Source: a virus. Taken from it: 55,850 nucleotides of DNA. Below are positions 51,601 to 55,850 of the stretch, piece by piece. Both the position numbers and the translations under genes were made by a program. The notes under the pieces were generated by a model. That model worked only from the letters and a program-made list of their open reading frames with translations, made no database searches and was not told the DNA's origin. Every line of letters starts with the position of its first letter. Position 1 is the first letter of the stretch. Location: the IMG/VR virus record IMGVR_UViG_3300017613_000748, one strand, 5' to 3'.

Positions 51601-54006
51601 CTCTTTAAAGTCAATTAGTTCTTTTTCTAACGCATTAAGTTCTGCCGTCTTTTTAACAAACCATGGGTCAGACGCAACAATTTTTGCTGACTCAACCTTA
51701 GAAACAGAAACCCCACTCTCTGGCAGGGCCTCTTTAGGTATTTGTGGAAGATCGAATGGCTTCCCGAGTGGGGCTATTGTGGTTTTTGCTGGCGCTTCAC
51801 CGGTTTGCGCCCCTCCTTCTTGTCCTGTCTCCACTTGTCCAGCACGCTCTTGGTCTCCTGGTTTGACTGCTGTTTCTGTTTGTTCTGCATTTACCTCTCC
51901 ATACATGCGCCGATCGAGTTCCAGCATTACAGCCATGGGATCAGCGTTTTCAGTCTGAATTATTACGCGCTCTACTTCATCATAGCCCAGTTTCTGCTCG
52001 GCTTCCTCGATGATTTCGCGCAGTTGACGCTGCTGAATGTTCCATGTCTCATCATAAGCATCCTCCATGAAGTTCTCACCGGTAACACTTTCCACCGGTG
52101 TACCAAAACCCGCCTCACGCATTCTGCGGTGCGATTCAAGCTTGTCCCGGGCAAAGTCCATGCTGTCTGGACTTGTGCGCTCTCCAGTAACCTCGTCCAG
52201 CATAGTGGTGACAATGCGCTGCTCACCTACTCCCAGCTTCTTACCGGCTAGGGCTTTCTCTACGGTCTTCTGTACTTTCTCTACTGTAGGCTTGTTCTCG
52301 GACCACTCCTTGAACCAGGCAGGGTTGATAGAAGGAAGTTTCCCTTTAACTTTTCCGTTTTCGTCATACAACACCCCCAGGCCGCCACCCTTAGTCAAAT
52401 CGCCGGCCATGGACTCAAGAGCCGCACGATGGCCTGCACGCTTCATGCGTGGATCCGTGAAGTTCTCAGGTAGCTTTACATCCCTCAGTTCGTCCTGAAG
52501 GGCGCCTATGCGCTCGTCCTGGTCTATTCGGCGATCTGCTTGTTGCTGAGTTTCAATATCAGTCGGGAGTGGTGCCGGGCCCTCTGGCACATAATCAATA
52601 CCACCTTCGTATTGAGGCAAGCCAGCTGTAGCGCCCAACTCGGTACCAGGCTCCTGGATTGGGGGCCCAGCATAGTCGTATTCAATAGTTTCAGGACGTT
52701 GAGCGATCTGCTCTTGGGTAGGAATTGGCGGCCCTTCCACTGTAGGCGCCGGCTCTGTAAGTCCAGCATCTGGATCTAGCTCACCCAGGATACCGCCAAC
52801 TTGGGGGAGGCGTTCTTCGGTAGGTTGCTCTTTCTTAGGGTCTGGACTTGGCGCCTCTTTACCGCCGCTGAAAGGAGTGGCGATAATACCACCTGTCAGA
52901 CCACCAAGAACGCCGCCCTCAGCCATGGCGCCGCCGATACCCTTTTCTGGATCAATAGATGGGTCGCCATACTCTCGCACGGCCTCTTGAGAGAAATAAT
53001 GCTCTGCGCCAGACTGCGGGGTTTCCTGCGCAGCCTCACCAGCAAAGCCTTTTACAAATCGTTTTGCAACACCGCCCTTCATGCCGGCGCTAAATACCTT
53101 ATCCCACATCGGGCCAACACCAGCACCAAACAGGAAGGTAAACGGCGCTACGTTAGCAGCGGCGTCACTTGCTGCCTGCTCGGTAGTTTGCTGCCTGGCT
53201 TGGGCAAATGCTTGGCCATGGTCCATGCCCTGATCAAGAAGGGCTTGGTAATTCCGCTGGAATGGCTCTGTCTCTGCAATTGTCTCATCCGGCAGACGCT
53301 GCATCATGTCACGCACATCAATAGCGACACTGCCAGCAGTTACTGCGGTCTCTGCTGCACCATACCCCGCCATTGCCGCAACTCGGTTTGCTGCCTTAGT
53401 CTTCCTGGCCGCTGCTTCTGCAGCTGTTTTCTTTGCGACTTGCTTGTTTATCCCTTGAGCAACCAAATCATCAACATGCTTTGCAGTCTGCTTGGCTATG
53501 GCCTGACCGGCAATCATCTTGCCGCCCTTGGTTATTGCTCCACCAGGTAACAACATATCTATTTGCATACCAGCGGTCTGGGCAAGTTTGCCAAGCCAGC
53601 TCTGCCAGTCTGTAGCGCCTTCGCCCAGGCTTACATCATACCAATCATCCCCGCCCTTGAAGAGTTCCTTCTCCATGGACTTCTTGAAGTCTGGGGACAT
53701 GGTTTCGTATTGTTGGGCTTCTCTACCTGCTGCCCAGTCCCGGACACCTTCGCCAGCACCAAATAACTGCTCTGACGTTTCGGCTATACCCTTGATGCCA
53801 CCATAGACGCCTCCCTGGAAAGCATCAACAACATTGCCAAAAGTGCCTTGATCTTCTGGTTGCACCGGATAATTGGCCTGCAGTCCGTAACCAGTAGGCT
53901 TGACAGTTTGAGTCTGAGGCGCGACCGGCGCAGCATCCCACCAATTTTCTTCAGGAGCAACCGACTCTTCCGCTAATGGAGCGGATTCCCACCATTGTTT
54001 TGCCAT
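42670..54006 (-). CDS. Giant multidomain polyvalent protein (3,778 aa); probably virion-packaged and ejected
   Basis: A single uninterrupted ORF. HETIH at aa 1322; CAKFCYAC at aa 1754; AHNHPTGD...PSSAD at aa 2174; HEVVGH at aa 2455; WHGS...GYGLYFA at aa 2590. It is the last gene of the virion operon. Confidence 0.85.
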   Translation of the reverse strand: MAKQWWESAPLAEESVAPEENWWDAAPVAPQTQTVKPTGYGLQANYPVQPEDQGTFGNVVDAFQGGVYGGIKGIAETSEQLFGAGEGVRDWAAGREAQQYETMSPDFKKSMEKELFKGGDDWYDVSLGEGATDWQSWLGKLAQTAGMQIDMLLPGGAITKGGKMIAGQAIAKQTAKHVDDLVAQGINKQVAKKTAAEAAARKTKAANRVAAMAGYGAAETAVTAGSVAIDVRDMMQRLPDETIAETEPFQRNYQALLDQGMDHGQAFAQARQQTTEQAASDAAANVAPFTFLFGAGVGPMWDKVFSAGMKGGVAKRFVKGFAGEAAQETPQSGAEHYFSQEAVREYGDPSIDPEKGIGGAMAEGGVLGGLTGGIIATPFSGGKEAPSPDPKKEQPTEERLPQVGGILGELDPDAGLTEPAPTVEGPPIPTQEQIAQRPETIEYDYAGPPIQEPGTELGATAGLPQYEGGIDYVPEGPAPLPTDIETQQQADRRIDQDERIGALQDELRDVKLPENFTDPRMKRAGHRAALESMAGDLTKGGGLGVLYDENGKVKGKLPSINPAWFKEWSENKPTVEKVQKTVEKALAGKKLGVGEQRIVTTMLDEVTGERTSPDSMDFARDKLESHRRMREAGFGTPVESVTGENFMEDAYDETWNIQQRQLREIIEEAEQKLGYDEVERVIIQTENADPMAVMLELDRRMYGEVNAEQTETAVKPGDQERAGQVETGQEGGAQTGEAPAKTTIAPLGKPFDLPQIPKEALPESGVSVSKVESAKIVASDPWFVKKTAELNALEKELIDFKEKYINEAIDSGVDGNDPSLDPYWEQYETMRGEIGARNEELNEYVINRRTKKTDAIAEKTAKKVPDGALVAAADYGDTFSAPLNIFTPEEQQALRKAGLVFTDRSDTGREYEAVKTDPLFAERDRRSREGKKKRDQQPKKGESKSKSERGMRDIRADFENNKTNPDHLENLLNELWPRIEGADQSIPGNRAIDRLYEEIQQAFKESRGAFEITPAKNDGIIVKGDKEAIRAKLKEAGIEVKGLPMRDGLRFGKNQAESVRGALESITRQSKEPSKTKEIAPKEKKEEVADQSKHESALNQPAIKWLMDKAERATSTEDGAEVESWIFTGNLPKHMMDKLKKYGAEHGRRSEGAYSFTIENTEEVSDSVVIRHGTMKRNANHVRFQREIIRETQEKPLEAKEQAEKKTESQAAGEKESSNAVDDALIDLVMEKDSSATINDVLNVIIAKTSNPIIKHIAKMIRALNLNIAIRPMTQTEMRERKGELGVYVSSEKGSKAYIMVNMRPFIESTAHKITLTHTLMHETIHAAANETWVGGSEVRNQLDALRKLIMDQTGLDARDEYGFTNVEEFIAEVFSNESFQNRLKEIEIKVSDVGVKGETTTAWDAFVDIIRKLLNIPKAKAGHVNALEQVLNVSESMLSEKTAPKEALPESGVSVSGGARWARDNVGTFDASRVDPEHADKPWVKAQAMRQMAGNKIQSLKAEGKYYGGPRQKGRSRDGKFWDEVQVEAAKIYQEEQGMIDSSFALEKTTDLLGDDTTTTQAAADLSQEKDEKRSPAGERPAEAQSGDDLFASGGTLEADMFEVKEGTRLSVEYLNEAAAEPEQGVEERKSQDYENGIATTHVNERIRKGHWRKFATQELKDLLKEHKGTPWARETMRSLIYRQEILDVISGKLKPEKALALRNNGTLAKELAENGMDGAWEYVKRTGMIGHASKPVNAVNSSLINCKPSKDCAKFCYACAGMHLWPNAKAKAELVDLLVQENPKKAASITFKQFKTARSGSSKAYGAGRAWRTTMLRMFDIGDITPKHVEFMKQLNRYNVRLHVFSKKPELLSQIDSRNALMLSVDGSNVDIVEGNTLPLAVNLNGGAEEDLLTTHADRVQVVLPVMGTKDLGASDETINEIPATLKDKVCPYDSGKKKGWDCVSCDKGKGIGCAAGQITLTDHFSGGRGALKDVKALEQRLTDAKDITDADAEKIKELLRSIHTRLDSRGETGDAGGSGATTKDTGQEAGREGQEAVYEGYEVNERDTNQVREPDTSTPAQGDLFAPSGVPGETASTQSKDNFNVSYKQVEVGEIRSAFEAITTPEEAAHLVAPIRKHGQETMMAVVTDADGKVLNVIRHTKGVKDASNVSPVELAAAIGATKGAAGVWFAHNHPTGDTTPSSADQRITKRITDALDGSYIRVHGHLIAGTGKQLSLLGSNGNKIRDVEAKPGIRKKSLAITERMLRKRVDKGPQLTQPEMTKQYIQGIDSESGILLLDNKHHVIGVLTLSPEEMKALRKEGRVNRILKTLDSTNAAAVITFGKGEHDNALDNLGNYLTRLSDLRVLDSIREDNGVYNSMAEGGRSLGSASKPFFSRKPRPAPTGTTKSQVEQWLEKPISKLGKWVKVKTVQSVSEVPGTHPEDVRGIYVDGKVYLVADNITKDDARTVLAHEVVGHLGLETLLGKKAFTQLTKQIQNMKRLGNKRINAVVTELKKNYVDENGEYTLDEAQESREILAHLAENNPEFNLVRKIVAKIRMWLARHGLGNFDNAMLESMLVKAAKHTETNYTGFMEENGQFVPAYMVAWHGSQHDHNKFDSSKIGTGEGAQAYGYGLYFAGNREVAEWYRENLSNANIHSNMELVEQWMGDQNKNYKDYVLQEFTEEIGYSHNAEYALDQLKEAESSLKNQGRLSESSDYSNFISIIEDRVASGKSLNDLSVRPGKLYQVELAPTEEEYLLWDKPLSEQSEKVQEIIRQIPKSKLEGGTFTLTEGHISKEDYAKFYPGISSKALDAQYQMYRSTPSSEITVPMGDLYWQLVDRDPASGKTESAKAASEYLHSLGIRGIKYLDGTSRGKGEGNYNYVIFSDEDVEIQAKYSRKARGDGGEQKANPFQEQNQRLREEDMPLWDKAQKVLKRYFSPGGLLPKAVFKEKVARDSEFEVVEFDVRHLTGRLERAVKKAYGKRFEDLDTGTIEALGRALGGEVDSAIPEGARQEIYAMRQYVDRLSGQYAAILSEDVRRLTEEGSPEAEAKATLLETIAGNIGTYVNRSYRAFDDKAWFSRIPDGVLNTAREYLRARYEENGETPGEASRLAEVTMHEIVKTGTAYDSMESFIKESKLGAKDLSVLKKRKQIAPAIRALLGEYTDPRMGFAKSATKMGRLIWNQKFLDRVREHGLGEFLFEGTDRPPEATKQFAADGSEAYAPLNGLWTYPEVEQAFRDALGKEQMANWYRTIVQMNGMVKFGKTILSPTTAMRNWQSAMFFTLANGHFDISHASKSLSGLREYFTQQGEGSKLAYLREMKQLGVVYDTPYAGEMMRLLDDSRIEDMLKGKKGKAVSSVEFMLKNARQFYQYGDDFWKIIGFENEKRLLMKHAGMSETEAKKEAAERIRNTYPTYSMVGKAMQSLRRFPLAGTFVSFPAEIIRTSINIVKYMAKDMKTPGMRPIAMRRAAGLAIASSFAYALQEMMKTLVGIDDDEEEAVRQLAAPWQRNSNLVFTGRKPNGDLQYIDISFVDPYNYWKRPITAVIRDQDWKDSAYDVIKETLSPFLGTDIAAGAIFEILSNKREGSGAPVYSEHDKPWEITKDIAGHLRKNLQPGLASNIERTLKAIRGEKSPSGRKYTPFDEAMAWGGWRVSTLDPKVSLYYRSYDFKDAKRDATKKLNRVIRNPNRITQDELRDAWGLSAELRGKAYDEMGKIIHAARKSGLSPAQVRSILRKSGITKKDAFALMSGRVPVWRPSAASLRNALKKADVLFDKETAGRFKKRYQEVKTFGR

Positions 54007-54017
54007 GAATTACCTAC

Positions 54018-55331
54018 TTAAGGTTTGATACGGATGGAACCATCAGGAGCGGCGAACGGAGTACCGGACGGCAGTTTGTCATAGTCTGCTTTTGTGCTTA
54101 CTGACTGCGTTGTACGCCTTCCACTCCAGTTAAATTCCCTCTCGTTTTCTGGGTCTATCCCTCCACCAGCTTGCGGTGCGGGCGAACCTTTCTGCCTTAC
54201 TCCCTGCCCTGGATAACGTGTTTCTCCTGTGACTGGGTCAAAGAAACCCTCTCTACTTAATGGATTACCTTCACCATCTAATACGAGATTGCCTTCTTTA
54301 TCCCTCTGTCCAGTTGGAACTGATGTCTTCTGATAATTTGGCTTGCTAGAAGCATTAGCCTTTAGAAAGTCCAACCCGAAATTACGATCTGACTCCATCG
54401 CATTACGAGCATACTCTTGCTGCCACTGATTCTGTCTAATCCCTTCCCGCGCCTCTGTAGCCTGCTGTCCCATCACGGCATTGTTACCTACCTGCATTGC
54501 TCCAGCCATCCCCATAAGGCCCTTGGCCTGAGCCATCATGCCCTTACGTTTTTCTCGGTCTCCCTTCCCGCCAAAAGGTAGATTTTTCAAGATACCCATG
54601 GCCTGCTCCTGAATATTGGATATCTTTTGCTGATGTTGCGCTGCTGAAATGCCACCATAATACTGCTGATCTGTGCCCTCACCTCTTTTACTGTACTCTT
54701 CGCGTGACATGCTGCGTGTCTGGAACGCTCCGCCAGGGGTGGCCTGTTCTTGCCAGGTAACTGGCGCACTCTCTCTTTTGTTTCTGAGCTCTTCGGCCTG
54801 TCTGTTGAGGCTGTCTGTTAGCGTCATATCATGCCCGTAGGCATTCTTTCGGCCACTACTGCCATGTTTGGCTATATCCGCATCAAATCCAGCCTCTGTA
54901 GCCCCGGCAGGGCCAGTATTACTGAATATGGCAGCGCCGTATTTGTCATGATCTACATTGGTATTCTTGTGAATAGTAGTGTCGCCATACTGCAACTGAG
55001 ATATGCCACCATTTGGATCTGACTGGCTTGTAATCAAACCATCGTCTGCATGCGGCGTAGTTCTTGTAAGCTGAGTCCTTTGGTGAGGAGTAACCGGCTT
55101 GGGCATTCCAATATTGCTGGTATCTATTCCACCAGCCCGATTTATGCCATCACCATTCGACATAGCGTCAACCTGTGTTTTGGCAGCAGCCGGCATATTT
55201 GTTGCCCCATACGTCTGCCGCCCAGTCTTAACTTTTCGAGGTTTTGGTGTCCCTGGAGGTGCCATATTTTGAACTTGTGCAACCTCGGGCATCAGCCCTG
55301 AATAATCTTCTTCAGTCTTTCTTTTGACCAT
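54018..55331 (-). CDS. Hypothetical Gly/Gln/Asn-rich protein (437 aa); possible internal virion protein
   Basis: ORF between the junction-spanning virion gene and the giant gene. Confidence 0.65.
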   Translation of the reverse strand: MVKRKTEEDYSGLMPEVAQVQNMAPPGTPKPRKVKTGRQTYGATNMPAAAKTQVDAMSNGDGINRAGGIDTSNIGMPKPVTPHQRTQLTRTTPHADDGLITSQSDPNGGISQLQYGDTTIHKNTNVDHDKYGAAIFSNTGPAGATEAGFDADIAKHGSSGRKNAYGHDMTLTDSLNRQAEELRNKRESAPVTWQEQATPGGAFQTRSMSREEYSKRGEGTDQQYYGGISAAQHQQKISNIQEQAMGILKNLPFGGKGDREKRKGMMAQAKGLMGMAGAMQVGNNAVMGQQATEAREGIRQNQWQQEYARNAMESDRNFGLDFLKANASSKPNYQKTSVPTGQRDKEGNLVLDGEGNPLSREGFFDPVTGETRYPGQGVRQKGSPAPQAGGGIDPENEREFNWSGRRTTQSVSTKADYDKLPSGTPFAAPDGSIRIKP

Positions 55332-55358
55332 GGTTATACCTATATGAGCGAAATCTGG

Positions 55359-55436
55359 TTACTTTTTCTCTCCGCAATGCGGACGCTTGCGCTTGCAGTC
55401 ACAATAAGCACGACCGCATTTTTTGCATAAAATCAT
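55359..55436 (-). CDS. Candidate 25-aa Cys-rich peptide (MILCKKCGRAYCDCKRKRPHCGEKK)
   Basis: TAATG coupling to the stop of the 725-aa gene. Five Cys in 25 residues. Not in the ORF track. Confidence 0.3.
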   Translation of the reverse strand: MILCKKCGRAYCDCKRKRPHCGEKK

Positions 55437-55729
55437 TATGAGTACCCTACGAAACTAGGGCCGGTTACATCTGGTAAATTATCAGTCTTATCTTTCTCGC
55501 TACCACTGGGAGTCTTGTCGATATAGTGGCTTAAGAGGTTGGCAGATTGTTTTGCATTAACTACTGACTCTGTTACAGGAGGATCAATACAGTTCCTGCC
55601 CGCCCAGAAAGTACCCCATCCAGCAAAATTTATACTGTCGTATACTGGCCCGGTGTATGAGTTAGTTTGAACATTTACTGGATCTGCGTCTTTGCCATGA
55701 AAATTCAATATAGCGTTTTCAACAAAAAC
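55436..55729 (-). CDS. C-terminal 97 codons of the junction-spanning 725-aa virion protein
   Basis: Same frame as 1..1884 across the circular junction. The listed ORF 55436..55708 is only its TTG-initiated tail. Confidence 0.75.
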   Translation of the reverse strand, partial: VFVENAILNFHGKDADPVNVQTNSYTGPVYDSINFAGWGTFWAGRNCIDPPVTESVVNAKQSANLLSHYIDKTPSGSEKDKTDNLPDVTGPSFVGYS

Positions 55730-55850
55730 AATCCCTGAAATCCCGTTTTCAGCAGTTAAATCTCCTCCCCCCCAGCTATTTTTATGTTTTGAAAGGAAGC
55801 CCGCAACACAATAAGCAAAAGGAGGGCCTCCTCCAGGAGTCCACCACTGC
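55730..55850. repeat. Second copy of the 121-bp terminal overlap
   Basis: Identical to bases 1-121. Confidence 0.9.

Noticed and set aside
43133-53806. Numerous 60-250-aa plus-strand ORFs within the giant gene (for example 52801..53550 and 51422..51958)
   Set aside because: All are antisense to an uninterrupted 11.3-kb ORF and lack start contexts. They are treated as non-coding shadows.
42670-54006. N4-like virion RNA polymerase or tape-measure protein
   Set aside because: I could not find T7-like RNAP motifs (the D..GR, R...K......YG or HD[SA] equivalents). I also could not find the long uniform coiled-coil or TM pattern of tape measures. Instead the ORF carries zincin, JAB and ART signatures typical of polyvalent proteins.

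Overview
This window is a complete, circularly closed genome of a tailed dsDNA phage. Bases 1-121 recur exactly at 55730-55850, so the unique length is 55,729 bp. A 725-aa virion ORF reads across that junction, so the repeat is an assembly or permutation overlap, not a physical end.

Two divergent transcription arms leave a switch region at 31.05-31.23 kb, which holds back-to-back near-consensus sigma70 promoters and a Cro/YdaS-like HTH gene.

The minus arm runs 31.05 kb -> 1 -> 55.7 kb -> 42.67 kb. In order it carries:
- a RuvC-like resolvase, SSB, a DUF2303-like gene and a Lar-like gene;
- lambda O-like and P-like replication genes with iterons inside the O-like gene;
- nin-like small genes and a DNA methyltransferase;
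- a promoter-plus-terminator late-control module, an endolysin cassette and a peptide deformylase;
- TerS/TerL, a podovirus-type portal, scaffold, P22-type coat, a decoration-like protein and fibre/LamG/Fn3 proteins;
- a 437-aa protein and a giant 3,778-aa polyvalent protein (two HExxH zincins, a CxxxCxxC cluster, a RadC/JAB motif and a PARP-like ART signature).

The plus arm (31.23-42.67 kb) carries a RecE-like exonuclease and a RecT/Redbeta annealase, then the most unusual element in the window. This is a 642-bp non-coding array of 36 same-orientation 9-bp boxes at an 18-bp pitch (plus a degenerate 37th box at the downstream start codon). The boxes alternate AGCGAGCCA / AGACAACCA and are separated by variable 9-nt spacers. 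The array butts directly against a gene for an IS110-type Tnp/HhH-domain protein that lacks the DEDD nuclease domain. Downstream follow csrA, a CCA-adding-like nucleotidyltransferase, a DHH phosphoesterase, a 5'-truncated second csrA, an N4 gp49-like gene and an HNH-AP2 homing endonuclease.

I recognised no integrase, CI-type repressor, tape measure, sheath, tRNA or CRISPR array. All functional calls rest on motif recognition in the supplied translations and on reading the DNA by eye. No database search was run.
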